Shown piece after piece: positions 53,734-63,310 of a stretch of 64,000 nucleotides of DNA; within the stretch, counting starts at the first letter, position 1, and each line of letters begins with the position of its first letter. The translations under genes and the position numbers were made by a program. This DNA comes from an uncultured Candidatus Peribacteria bacterium. Lineage in GTDB: Bacteria; Patescibacteriota; Gracilibacteria; Peribacterales; Peribacteraceae. Location of the stretch: assembly GCA_964460475.1 (NCBI GenBank), contig CAYWPP010000004.1, forward strand, positions 22,977-86,976, in the 5' to 3' direction. Below the pieces are notes generated by a model, which ran no database searches, was not told where the DNA came from, and worked only from the letters and a program-made list of their open reading frames with translations.

Positions 53734-56145
53734 ATGGCGGAACGCTCCCACTCTTTCTGGCCTGCCGTCACGCTCTGCGTGGCCGGCGTCAGCGTACTGC
53801 TCGCTCTTCCCGAAAGCTGGAAGCAGTGGGCGCCCTCCTTCGCGCGACCGGCATTGCACCTAGGGCTTGATTTGGCCGGCGGCACGCAACTTGATTTCCG
53901 CATCTCGGAGCGTGAGATCGCCGAGCGTATTCAGGCACTCGAAACGGAAATTGATGCCCTGGAACGAAGCGGCGCCACGAATGACCTCATCGCCAAACAG
54001 AATGAGCTTCTCAGCCTGCAGGAACAGGAGCGAAATCTGACGGAAGCCATTCGTACCGTGCTGGAGAGGCGCATCAACGCACTGGGCGTGAGCGAAGCGA
54101 CCATCACTCCTTCCTACTTCGGAGAGGAGAAGCATCTGCTCGTGGACTGTCCGGGTGTGATCGACACGCAGGAATGCATCGATACGGTCGGCAAGACGAT
54201 TCGGCTCGAATTTAAAGAAGAATTCACGGAAGCGACGGACGAGTATAAAGCGACGGTCCGCACGCGGGCGGAGCAGACCTTCGCAGCCATCCAGAGCGGT
54301 TCGGGTACGTTGCAGACCCACGGAGAAGATTTGAGCGGCCAGCTGGGGATCGGCTACCAGGACGAAGCGAAGTACTTCCAAAACGAACTGCCCGATGCAA
54401 TTGCCGACTTGTGGACACGGGCCCCGGGTTCTCCCGCGGTCATAAGGGACGGCACTCTTGAGACGCCGCGCCCCGACGCAGAGGGCCAGTACCAGCTCGT
54501 GGAGATCGAAGGCATCTTCATCGCGGAAGTGGTCGATTCGCCCGTCCCCGTCGAACGGACGATTCTCAATCCGCCGGACGCCTTGCAGGAACTGCAGACG
54601 CGTGCCGCGGGCTCACGCTACCAATCATTCCTGCAGGAACCCCTCACCTCTCTGTCGGGTCCGCTCGCACAGGAGCTTCTCACGGCGACCATCGGCAACA
54701 TCTTCATCAGCACCGCGACCGATGCCCCTTCGCTCATCTACTTGGCGGGAAGGACGGAAGGAACCGCGCGCATGGACGTCAGTCACATCCTCGTCTCGTA
54801 CGCGGGAGCCTCGCAGGCGGAAGCCTCCGTCACCCGCACGCGCGAGGAAGCGCTGGAACGCGCCGATAATCTGAAGATCAGGCTGACGAACGGCGAGAAC
54901 TTCGCAAACCTCGCGCGCGGCGAATCCGACGGTCCGTCGGCGGCACAGGGCGGCAGCCTGGGCACGATCGCACGCGGCGACGTGGCGCCGGCGTTCGAGA
55001 CGGCGGCTTTCGGCCTCCAGCAAGGGGGAATCAGCGACGTCGTCGAAACCGAGTTCGGCTTCCACATCATCCGCGCCGATTCGTCGCCGCGGCTGGAGGG
55101 CGCCGCGGTGTCGTACGATATTCTGACCCTCGCGGGAGCGGATGCCGAAACGCAGGCGCAGAACTTCCTCACGCTGCTCGTCAACGATGCCGTACAGGTC
55201 ACGGAAGATCAGATCACCCTGCGGGTCGTCTTCTTCTCGATGGAACCGACGGGATGGAAAGATACGGAGCTGACGGGCGAGTACTTCCGCTCCGCATCCG
55301 TTACGGTGGATACGTTCACGAACGTGCCCGTCGTGCAGATTCAATTCGACAGCGAGGGTGCAAGAATCTTCGAAGAGCTCACGGCGCGGAACATCGGCAA
55401 GAGCATCGCCATCTTCGTCGGTGGAGAGCTCATCTCCGCACCGACGGTGCAGCAGCGCATTGCGGGCGGCACGGCGGTCATCACGGGCGTGGGATCGTTT
55501 GAGGAAGCGAAACTGCTGGCACAGGACCTGAATACCGGCGCCATCCCCGCCCCTATTCATCTCTCCGGCCAACGCACGATCGAGGCGACGCTCGGAGCGG
55601 ATGCCCTCCGCAGTTCCGTCACGGCGGGAATGATCGGCATCGTCCTCCTCATTCTCTTCATGATCTCGGTGTACAGAATCCTCGGGGCCGTGGCGGGTGT
55701 CACGCTGCTCTTCTACCTGGTGCTGCTCGTGACCCTGATGAAGCTGCCGCTGTTCCTCGTTACCGACCAGTACATCGTTCTCACGCTCGCGGGCATCGCG
55801 GGCATCATTCTGAGCCTCGGCATGGCGGTGGACGCGAACGTGCTCATCTTCGAGCGTATGAAGGAAGAATTGCGAAAAGGAAAGCCGCTGTCCATTGCGG
55901 CGGAAACGGGCTTCAAACGAGCCTGGCCCAGCATCCGCGACGGGAACGTGTCCACGCTCATCACCTGCGCCATCCTCTTCATGATCGGCACCAGCATCGT
56001 GCGCGGCTTCGCCATCACGCTGTCGCTCGGTATCGTGCTCTCGCTCTTCACTGCCATCGTAGTCACGCGCTGGCTCATCGAGAGAATCGCACAGTCCCCC
56101 CTCGCGCAGCGGACGGAGTTGTTCGCCGGCGGGAAGAGGGAGTAA
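53734..56145 (+). CDS. secD: protein translocase subunit SecD with an inserted parvulin-type PPIase domain
   Basis: LGLDLAGGTQL. P1 head (see above). Six C-terminal TM helices with GMAVDANVLIFERMKEE. See the finding for the insertion. Confidence 0.88.
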   Translation: MAERSHSFWPAVTLCVAGVSVLLALPESWKQWAPSFARPALHLGLDLAGGTQLDFRISEREIAERIQALETEIDALERSGATNDLIAKQNELLSLQEQERNLTEAIRTVLERRINALGVSEATITPSYFGEEKHLLVDCPGVIDTQECIDTVGKTIRLEFKEEFTEATDEYKATVRTRAEQTFAAIQSGSGTLQTHGEDLSGQLGIGYQDEAKYFQNELPDAIADLWTRAPGSPAVIRDGTLETPRPDAEGQYQLVEIEGIFIAEVVDSPVPVERTILNPPDALQELQTRAAGSRYQSFLQEPLTSLSGPLAQELLTATIGNIFISTATDAPSLIYLAGRTEGTARMDVSHILVSYAGASQAEASVTRTREEALERADNLKIRLTNGENFANLARGESDGPSAAQGGSLGTIARGDVAPAFETAAFGLQQGGISDVVETEFGFHIIRADSSPRLEGAAVSYDILTLAGADAETQAQNFLTLLVNDAVQVTEDQITLRVVFFSMEPTGWKDTELTGEYFRSASVTVDTFTNVPVVQIQFDSEGARIFEELTARNIGKSIAIFVGGELISAPTVQQRIAGGTAVITGVGSFEEAKLLAQDLNTGAIPAPIHLSGQRTIEATLGADALRSSVTAGMIGIVLLILFMISVYRILGAVAGVTLLFYLVLLVTLMKLPLFLVTDQYIVLTLAGIAGIILSLGMAVDANVLIFERMKEELRKGKPLSIAAETGFKRAWPSIRDGNVSTLITCAILFMIGTSIVRGFAITLSLGIVLSLFTAIVVTRWLIERIAQSPLAQRTELFAGGKRE

Positions 56146-56154
56146 TCCGTCGTC

Positions 56155-56496
56155 ATGGACATGATCACCATCAACGAAGCGGAATGCAGAACGCACATCG
56201 GCGTGACCGAGGACGAACGTTCGCGGGAACAGCGGGTGACGGTTTCCGTATCATTCCTGCTCAATACGAGAGAAGCGGCGCGTGCGGATGACGTCGCAAA
56301 GACCATCGACTACGAGGCGGCACTCAGCCTGATTCGCTCGCTCATGCAGGAGGAGCGTCGGACCATCGAACGGCTTGCGGAAGACATTGCCGCGGCGCTG
56401 TTGCGGCGCTTTACGCCCGACGCGGTGGAAGTGACGGTACGGAAGTTCGTGCTGCCGGAGACGAAAGACGTATCCGTTACAATCACGCGGCCATAG
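56155..56496 (+). CDS. folB: dihydroneopterin aldolase
   Basis: [22 protein letters not shown]...[10 protein letters not shown] is typical of FolB. Confidence 0.88.
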   Translation: MDMITINEAECRTHIGVTEDERSREQRVTVSVSFLLNTREAARADDVAKTIDYEAALSLIRSLMQEERRTIERLAEDIAAALLRRFTPDAVEVTVRKFVLPETKDVSVTITRP

Positions 56497-57026
56497 CGCA
56501 CGCGTACATCGGCATCGGCTCCAACATCGATCCGGAAGAGAATCTGAGCGCTTGCGCCGGGCTCCTGCGGAAGGCATGGCCGGACGTACGCTTCTCCGCA
56601 ATCTATCGCACCGCGCCCCGCGAAGCGGTCGAGCAGGACGAATTTCTGAACGCCGCGGCGACGGTGGAGACAGAAGAGACGCCTATGGAGATCATGGAGA
56701 AACTTGGCGCCATCGAGGCGGAACGAAAGAAGAGTCCGCCGTACCGCTTCGGTCCCCGCACCATCGACCTCGATCTCCTGCTCTACGACGACCTCGTCCT
56801 TCCCTCGCGAGAGGAGTGGCTCAGGCTGAGGGAAGACGTGAGGCGCGGAAGAGAAGAAGGTCTGGTGATCCCCCACCCGCGCATGCACGAACGTCGCTTC
56901 GTGCTGGAGCCGCTCTGCGAACTCCTGGATTACCGGGCAAGCCATCCGGTCCTGGGACCGTCGTGGGAAACGTTCCTCCGGGAGACTCGCGACCAGCATG
57001 TGGAGAAGACGGCGATGACGCTGTAG
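56493..57026 (+). CDS. folK: 2-amino-4-hydroxy-6-hydroxymethyldihydropteridine pyrophosphokinase (start codon unresolved)
   Basis: Frame-0 translation from 56496 reads [17 protein letters not shown]...[10 protein letters not shown]...[15 protein letters not shown]...[16 protein letters not shown], a full-length FolK. There is no ATG/GTG/TTG in this frame before 56664. Confidence 0.75.
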   Translation: MAHAYIGIGSNIDPEENLSACAGLLRKAWPDVRFSAIYRTAPREAVEQDEFLNAAATVETEETPMEIMEKLGAIEAERKKSPPYRFGPRTIDLDLLLYDDLVLPSREEWLRLREDVRRGREEGLVIPHPRMHERRFVLEPLCELLDYRASHPVLGPSWETFLRETRDQHVEKTAMTL

Positions 57027-57043
57027 AGCGGAGCGCTTGCCGC

Positions 57044-57616
57044 ATGCCGCCTTCCCATGCACAATCGCCCTCCATGGAAGACGTCATCACGGAACTGCTA
57101 CAGACTCTCGATGAGAACCCGAATCGGGAGGGACTCGCGCACACGCCGAAGCGGGTCGCGGAGGCGTACCGTTTCCTGACGTCGGGACGACAGATGAAGC
57201 TCAATGACATCGTGAACGGCGCGCTCTTCGACGCCGACACGAACGGCATGATCATCGTGAAGGACATCGAATGCTACTCACTCTGTGAGCATCACCTGTT
57301 GCCGTTCATCGGCAACATCCACGTGGCGTACGTCCCGGACAGGAAGATGATCGGGCTGAGCAAAATCGCACGGATCGTCGACATGTTCGCACGCCGCCTG
57401 CAGGTGCAGGAGCGCCTCGGTCAGCAGGTATGCGACGCGCTCCATGAAGTTCTCGCGCCGAAGGGTGTCGGCGTGGTGATCGAGGCGAACCACCTCTGCA
57501 TGATGATGCGTGGGGTGGAGAAGCAGCATTCCAAGGCCATCACGAGTCACGTGACGGGCCTCTTTAAGGAGGATGCGAAGACGCGCGAGGAATTTCTCTC
57601 GCTCATCCGGTCTTAG
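57044..57616 (+). CDS. folE: GTP cyclohydrolase I
   Basis: [43 protein letters not shown], and [12 protein letters not shown]. Confidence 0.92.
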   Translation: MPPSHAQSPSMEDVITELLQTLDENPNREGLAHTPKRVAEAYRFLTSGRQMKLNDIVNGALFDADTNGMIIVKDIECYSLCEHHLLPFIGNIHVAYVPDRKMIGLSKIARIVDMFARRLQVQERLGQQVCDALHEVLAPKGVGVVIEANHLCMMMRGVEKQHSKAITSHVTGLFKEDAKTREEFLSLIRS

Positions 57617-58251
57617 CGCAGAGCGGCATCCGCGGATGCCTGTTCATCAAGAATCTTCTGCAGCGCCTGCAGGTCTCCCGTACGCAGCGCCTGGCGAAGT
57701 CTCGCCTCGCCGACATGGCCCGCGAGCGCATCGCCGATTTCCCGGTGCCGGACGTACGCGGCGGTCAGATCGCCATCGGGCTGACGCGCAGTCGTGATGG
57801 CGTACCACTCGACGAGATTCGTGATCGTCGCGAACGTTTCGCCGAAGCGGATGCCCGGCGCATTGAACGAAGCGGCGTGCGTGCCGTGGCCCTCTTCTTC
57901 ATGCGCCTTCACGCGGGTCCAGTATCCGCGATCGGCGTCGAGCATCACGGCGCCTTCGGCAAGAGCGGATTGCCTTGATCCCATCTGGTGCTCGCCCGCG
58001 TTGCCGCGATCCTCCATGGAAGCATCAATGAGCGTGTCGTCGCTCAGGGAGAGCGAGTCTTTCCATGCACGCAGCACGGCATCCGTCGCCTCCGCAGGAA
58101 CGTTCTCTGCGCCGTCGGATCCGGCGTTCTCGAACAGGTCGTGTACGCGCCGTTCGACGCCCGCCTTGATCGTACCGACGGTTTTCCTCTTTGTGCCTTC
58201 CGAGACTTCTTCTTCGATGCGTTCCGCCAGGAATTCTCTCACGGCTTCCAT
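57613..58251 (-). CDS. hypothetical protein (212 aa)
   Basis: Coding-like composition. No domain recognised. Confidence 0.45.
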   Translation of the reverse strand: MEAVREFLAERIEEEVSEGTKRKTVGTIKAGVERRVHDLFENAGSDGAENVPAEATDAVLRAWKDSLSLSDDTLIDASMEDRGNAGEHQMGSRQSALAEGAVMLDADRGYWTRVKAHEEEGHGTHAASFNAPGIRFGETFATITNLVEWYAITTARQPDGDLTAAYVRHREIGDALAGHVGEARLRQALRTGDLQALQKILDEQASADAALR

Positions 58252-58282
58252 GAAATCATCATGAGGGAAAACGGTTGAGTAG

Positions 58283-59773
58283 TCAACCAGTGTGACCGTT
58301 CATCGCCAGCTTCTCCATCTTCTTCTTGCGACGCAGCGCCTCCTGCTCCTTCGCGATGCGGTCGACGTTCACGCGATAGAGATTGTGGTAGTCTTCCAGC
58401 TCGTTCGGCGCGGCGACCTTCAGCACGTCGAGTTCCGGCGCGAACATCTCGCCGAACCGTTCGCGGCGGCGCACCAGCCGCGTCTGGGCATTCGGTCCCA
58501 CCATGATCATCGAGGCGCGCTTGATCGTGTTGAAGTTACTCGCCATGACGGACGCGTACGCGCCGATGTCCATGATCGCGAGCAAGTCCCCCGCTTCCAG
58601 TTTCGGCATTTCCAGGGCCTTCACGATCAGGTCCCAGCAGTCGCAGGTGTTGCCGGCAATGGTGACTTTGTGGATACGAGGGCGTTTGAGCTTGTTCGCG
58701 GGCAACACGTCGTAGTGGACTTCCTGCACCAGCGCGTCGGGGACGAAGTTGTAGGAAGAACCGTCCGCGATGACGACGCGGTTGTTGCGCCCCAGCCGCT
58801 TCTTCGAAATCACGCGCACCAGACCGATGCCGGCGTTCAGAACGATACTCTTGCCGGGCTCGAAGATGAGCGTGATGTCCGGCAAGTCGTACTGGCGGAG
58901 CAGGCGCTCGAAGTACTGGTTGAAGCCGCGCATTCTCTCGATGGGAAACGCGGTCTCGTCGCCGATGGCCGCGGGAAATCCCCCGCCGAGGGAGAGTGTT
59001 TTCGGCTTCAGGCCACGGTCGTAGCATTTCTTGATGAGCTTCACGAGGGACCGCGCCGCCATCTTGTAGACGCGCGGATTGTGAACGTACCCGCCCATGA
59101 AGTGGAAGCCGCGGAAATCGACGTACGGACTCTTCGCGACCATGTCGAGCGCATGATCGATGTAGTTGATGGGAATCCCGTACTTGTTTCCTTTCGTGGA
59201 GTACGCGCCGAGTTCAAGCATGGGATTCACGCGAATCACGGTGCGGATCTGCTGCTTGAGTTTCTTTGCGGTCTTCGCAATGGCTTCGATGTCTTCATAG
59301 CTGTCGGTGGTGATCGACTGGATGCCGACCTTGGCGGCAAAGTGAATATCCTGTTCCGACTTGTAGAGGTTCGTGAACGAGATCTGCTTCGGCTTAAAGT
59401 CGGAAAGCAGTCCCAGAATGATTTCACCGACGCTGGAGCAGTCGAGCTCGAAGCCTTCCTCACGGACGATGTTGAGAATTTCCAGGTTGCTGTTGCACTT
59501 CGCGGCATACTGGAGCGGCACCTTGTCGCCGAACACTTTCTTGAAACGCTTGCAGCGCCTGCGGATCTCGCTCTCAACCATCACATACACGGGCGTTCCG
59601 TACTTGGCGACGATGTCATCCGCGCGTACGCCGTCGATCATGAGCATGCCTTCCGCATTCTGCGACAGAAATTTCTTCCACCTGTCGCGCGCGTAACGCG
59701 GCGAGAGAGGAAGCAACTTCTCGGTGTTCCCGGCCGGTGTTTTCTTCACGCGCTTCGCGCGTTGCTTGATCAT
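58283..59773 (-). CDS. PLP-dependent decarboxylase, Orn/DAP/Arg decarboxylase (fold III) family
   Basis: YAAKCNSN (PLP-Lys region), SLGGGFP, and a C-terminal beta-barrel with CDCWD-like segment (AGNTCDCWDLI). Confidence 0.85.
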   Translation of the reverse strand: MIKQRAKRVKKTPAGNTEKLLPLSPRYARDRWKKFLSQNAEGMLMIDGVRADDIVAKYGTPVYVMVESEIRRRCKRFKKVFGDKVPLQYAAKCNSNLEILNIVREEGFELDCSSVGEIILGLLSDFKPKQISFTNLYKSEQDIHFAAKVGIQSITTDSYEDIEAIAKTAKKLKQQIRTVIRVNPMLELGAYSTKGNKYGIPINYIDHALDMVAKSPYVDFRGFHFMGGYVHNPRVYKMAARSLVKLIKKCYDRGLKPKTLSLGGGFPAAIGDETAFPIERMRGFNQYFERLLRQYDLPDITLIFEPGKSIVLNAGIGLVRVISKKRLGRNNRVVIADGSSYNFVPDALVQEVHYDVLPANKLKRPRIHKVTIAGNTCDCWDLIVKALEMPKLEAGDLLAIMDIGAYASVMASNFNTIKRASMIMVGPNAQTRLVRRRERFGEMFAPELDVLKVAAPNELEDYHNLYRVNVDRIAKEQEALRRKKKMEKLAMNGHTG

Positions 59774-59976
59774 GAATGAAAGACCTCAAGTATGCACAGA
59801 GGACGAGTATAACTCTGCATCATCCGTTGTAAACACTTTACCCGACTTCGCGGAAAATTCCGATCTTCAGATCGGGAATGAATGCGCACTCGTGCAGAGA
59901 AGGACAGCTACGCCGGGTTTCGCATTCTTGTCTCTGCGAACCCTTGAGATGCCACTGCCTTCAAAGCCGTGGAGCT

Positions 59977-60942
59977 TCACCGGCCCAAAACGTACGAGAA
60001 GATGAGCGGCGCGACGATCGTCGCGTCGGAATTGATCATGAATTTCGGCGTGTCGGGCTCCAGCTTTCCCCACGTGATCTTCTCGTTCGGCACTGCACCG
60101 GAGTACGAACCGTACGACGTGGTGGAGTCGCCGATCTGGCAGAAGTATCCCCAGAACGGGCACTTCTTCTTCAGGTCCTGAATGATCATCGGCACGACGC
60201 AGATGGGGAAGTCCCCCGCGATGCCGCCGCCGATCTGGAAGAAACCGATCGAGGACTTCGCGCTCTCCTTCACATACCAATCTGCCAGGTAGCGCATCTG
60301 TTAGAAGGCGCCCTTGATCACGCCGATAGAGTTGACGTCACCCGCCATGACGCACGCGACGAAGATGTTTCCCGTCGTGCAGTCCTCGAACCCGGGCGTG
60401 AAAATAGGAATGTTCTTCTCGCACGCGGCCACGACCCAGGAATCCTTCGGATCGATCTGGTAGAACTTCTCAAGCGCGCCCGTACGGATGAGTTCGTAGA
60501 TGTACTCGTACGGGAAGTAGCTTTTCTTCTCTTCGGCGGCCTTCTTCCAGAGCGGAATCAGCACGCTCTCGATGCGGCGAAACGCTTCATCCTCCGGAAT
60601 GCAGGTGTCGGTCACGCGGTTGAATTTGTCGTTGTAGAGCTGCTTCTCTTCCTTCGCGGTCAGGTCACGGTAGCCGGGCAGCATCTTGTAGAAATCATGA
60701 GCGACGAGATTGTAAATATCCTCCTCCAGATTGTTCGCGCTGCACGAAACTGCGTGGATTTTGTCCTGACGGATCATCTCCGCAAGCGTGAGTCCGAGTT
60801 CGGCGGTGCTCATCGCGCCGCCCATGGCGAGGAACATCTTGCCGCCCTTCTCCAGATGCGCTTTCCACCCTCGCGCGGCGTCGCGGGTTTCGCGCGCGTT
60901 GAAGTGACGGAAGTTGTGATCCATGAATGCCGAGACGCTCAT
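59977..60942 (-). pseudogene. deoxyhypusine synthase-like gene interrupted by one in-frame TAA (60301-60303), or a split gene
   Basis: The N-part runs MSVSAFMDHNFRHFN...GVIKGAF. Then comes TAA-CAG-ATG. The C-part runs MRYLADWYVK...FFQIGGGIAGDF...SGAVPNEKITWGKL. Together they make about 320 aa, collinear with the DHS family. Confidence 0.7.
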
Positions 60943-60995
60943 GACAGACACGGGGGAAAAGTATCGAGAAGAGCATGCCAAACTTGCGGCGAGTG

Positions 60996-61493
60996 TCAAA
61001 GTTTTTTTCGCTCGTACCGCAGGAACGAGAACGCGTGCGCGTGGCGGTCGTCGCTCTCGTGGAGTTCTTCGGACACCAGATCCCACTCCTCGGAGGGAAG
61101 CGCGGGGAAGAACGCGTCGCCGTTGCCGACGGATGCATGGACGCGCGTGAGGAAAACCTGCGCGGCATGCGGAAGCGCTTGAGCATAGATGTCCGCGCCG
61201 CCGATCACGAACACGGTCCCGTCCAGGGAACCGCCGAGTGCGAGCGCGTCGTCGAGGGAGTGCACGACGTCGCAGCCCTCCGCACGGTAGGAACGATTAC
61301 GCGTGACGACGATGTTCCGCCTCTTCGGAAGGGGCCTGCCGATCGACTCGAACGTCTTCCTGCCCATGATGACGGGATGCCCTTTCGTGAGCGTCTTGAA
61401 ATGCGCAAGGTCATCGGGCAGATGCCACGGCAAACGGTTGTCCGTGCCGATCACGTTCTGTTCATCCGCGGCAGCGACGAGGGCGACGGTCAT
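60996..61493 (-). CDS. folA: dihydrofolate reductase
   Basis: VIGTDNRLPWHLPDDLAHFKTLTKGHPVIMGRKTFESIG; VIGGADIY. Confidence 0.92.
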   Translation of the reverse strand: MTVALVAAADEQNVIGTDNRLPWHLPDDLAHFKTLTKGHPVIMGRKTFESIGRPLPKRRNIVVTRNRSYRAEGCDVVHSLDDALALGGSLDGTVFVIGGADIYAQALPHAAQVFLTRVHASVGNGDAFFPALPSEEWDLVSEELHESDDRHAHAFSFLRYERKKL

Positions 61494-61550
61494 GACCGTA
61501 GCTTATCGCTATAAACAGAATTCTTCGAGGTGTTCCTTCTTTGGTGACGG

Positions 61551-61663
61551 GTGTGAGGGTTGCGAGTTTGAGGGTTACGGGTTACGGGTTACGTGCTTAC
61601 TCACAACTCGTCAACTCGCTAACTCGCTAACTCGTCAACTCGCCAACCCGCCAACCCGCTAAC
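61551..61663. repeat. decayed hairpin cassette (GGGTTAC heptads, CGCTAACT octads) between thyA and folA
   Basis: Arms built of short tandem repeats flank GTGCTTACTCACA (61593-61605), which is identical to 9997-10009 inside the four-helix gene of cassette 1. Confidence 0.65.
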
Positions 61664-61665
61664 AA

Positions 61666-62457
61666 TCAAACAGCGATGGGCGCCTTGATACTCGGATGCG
61701 GATCGTAGTGTTCGATGACGAAGTCCTCAAACGCATACGCGAAGATCGAATCTTTCTTCGGCAGCATGAGCGTGGGCAGCGCGCGAGGTTCCCGCGTGAG
61801 CTGCTCTTCGGCCTGGTCCAGGTGATTGAGGTACAGGTGTGCATCTCCGAGCGTGTGGACGAAATCCCCGGGTTCCAGATCGGTCACCTTTGCGATCATG
61901 TGGGTGAGCAGCGCGTAGGACGCAATGTTGAACGGCACGCCGAGGAAGATGTCGGCGCTGCGCTGGTAGAGCTGGCACGAAAGTCGGCCGTCGGCGACGT
62001 AGAACTGAAAGAGGCAGTGACACGGCGGCAAGGCCATCTTCTCGATCTCCGCCACGTTCCACGCCGACACAATGAGCCTGCGTGAATCGGGATTCGTCTT
62101 GATCTGCTTGATGAGCGTCGAGATCTGATCGTGCGTTCGGCCGTCCGGCCCGGGCCAACTGCGCCACTGGTAGCCGTACACGGGACCGAGGTTTCCTTCG
62201 TCATCCGCCCACTCGTCCCAGATCGTCACTTTGTTCTCTTTCAGGTACCCGATATTCGTCTCGCCTTTCAGGAACCACAGGAGCTCGTGGATGATGGAGC
62301 GCGTGTGCAACTTCTTCGTGGTGAGAAGCGGAAAGCCGTCCGCGAGGTTGAAACGCATTTGATACCCGAAGACCGAGAGCGTCCCCGTTCCGGTGCGATC
62401 ATCTTTCTTCGTGCCGTGCTCCCGCACATGCCGGAGGAGATCCAAGTACTGCTGCAC
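61666..62457 (-). CDS. thyA: thymidylate synthase
   Basis: [19 protein letters not shown], and DAHLY. GTG start, TGA stop. Confidence 0.95.
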   Translation of the reverse strand: MQQYLDLLRHVREHGTKKDDRTGTGTLSVFGYQMRFNLADGFPLLTTKKLHTRSIIHELLWFLKGETNIGYLKENKVTIWDEWADDEGNLGPVYGYQWRSWPGPDGRTHDQISTLIKQIKTNPDSRRLIVSAWNVAEIEKMALPPCHCLFQFYVADGRLSCQLYQRSADIFLGVPFNIASYALLTHMIAKVTDLEPGDFVHTLGDAHLYLNHLDQAEEQLTREPRALPTLMLPKKDSIFAYAFEDFVIEHYDPHPSIKAPIAV

Positions 62458-62463
62458 GGGCGC

Positions 62464-62469
62464 ATTCTA
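62464..62469 (-). promoter_or_regulatory. -10 hexamer TAGAAT, 6 nt upstream of the thyA GTG
   Basis: The minus strand reads CCCGTAGAATGCGCCC-GTG. Confidence 0.45.
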
Positions 62470-62519
62470 CGGGGATTTCACATTGAAACAATGGATGCGT
62501 TTTTTGAAGATAAGAAGAC

Positions 62520-62552
62520 AAAAAAGGAGCCACCGCACATGGCGGCAGCTCC
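62520..62552 (-). terminator. Rho-independent terminator (minus strand) after the orphan gene
   Basis: The minus strand reads GGAGCTGCCGCCATGTGCGGTGGCTCC followed by TTTTTT. The stem is interrupted by a 2x2 internal loop. Confidence 0.6.
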
Positions 62553-62587
62553 CATGGAGTAACGAACATTCCGTCACTCAGGCAAGG

Positions 62588-63310
62588 TCAGGAGGAAATC
62601 CACCGGGCAATAGACGACCAAATGTGGTCTTCAGAAACATAATCCCAATTCATATTGCGAATGGAAAGCTCGCCGATAACGAAATTGAGACCGACATGGC
62701 GACCGGGAGAGGATTCATCCGGGCAACGAACCCAACCATGTTTGAGCAAATCCTCGCCAGTAGCCTTCTTGTGGACAGCCAACAAGAGGCTATCTACAAG
62801 CATCGGCGTGCGATGAAATCCCTCAGGAGCGAAGACGGCAATGTGCTTATCCTGCCCCTGATCAGTTCTTCGATTGGAATTGGGAAAAGGAAGGAGGACT
62901 TCCCAGTATCCCGGCTTCGCCGTGTATCCCTTGTGATCATACCAATTTTGATCCTTACATATCGGCGCTTGCGTTCGGCGAAGTTCGGTAGGACCAGTAA
63001 TGCGGGGAGGAAGGAAAATGATCCTTCCGCCCTTGATAGTCGGCTTGGGCGAGGGAAGATTTTCGACACTGATTCCCAAGAGTTCGCCAACGCGTTTTGC
63101 GTTGTACACGAATTCCGAATAGGAAGCAGTGACGGAAACGGAGGGAGCTTGCGGCCATCCGGCCACCAGTGTGTTCATTGCGTCATCCGACGCACCCAAC
63201 ATTGCCAGCCATCTTTCCGGCGTGATGCCAAAGCGCTGAAGTTTGTTCCGGCCTGCGCGGAGCTTCTTTTCAGGCAACCCGGAGAGGCTTGCGGGCGATT
63301 GACGTGTCAT
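62588..63310 (-). CDS. hypothetical protein (240 aa) in an AT-richer segment
   Basis: Only long ORF here. GAGG lies about 10 nt upstream of the ATG. It has its own terminator. No domain recognised. Confidence 0.55.
   Translation of the reverse strand: MTRQSPASLSGLPEKKLRAGRNKLQRFGITPERWLAMLGASDDAMNTLVAGWPQAPSVSVTASYSEFVYNAKRVGELLGISVENLPSPKPTIKGGRIIFLPPRITGPTELRRTQAPICKDQNWYDHKGYTAKPGYWEVLLPFPNSNRRTDQGQDKHIAVFAPEGFHRTPMLVDSLLLAVHKKATGEDLLKHGWVRCPDESSPGRHVGLNFVIGELSIRNMNWDYVSEDHIWSSIARWISS

Noticed and set aside
51274-56196. Long minus-strand ORFs (490 aa at 51274-52746; 523 aa at 54625-56196; others)
   Set aside because: They are antisense to the nucleotidyltransferase and secD genes. Their composition is Arg/Asp/His-rich, and no motifs were recognised.
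58292-59779. 495-aa plus-strand ORF opposite the PLP decarboxylase
   Set aside because: It is antisense to a gene with PLP-decarboxylase motifs, and the product is low-complexity.
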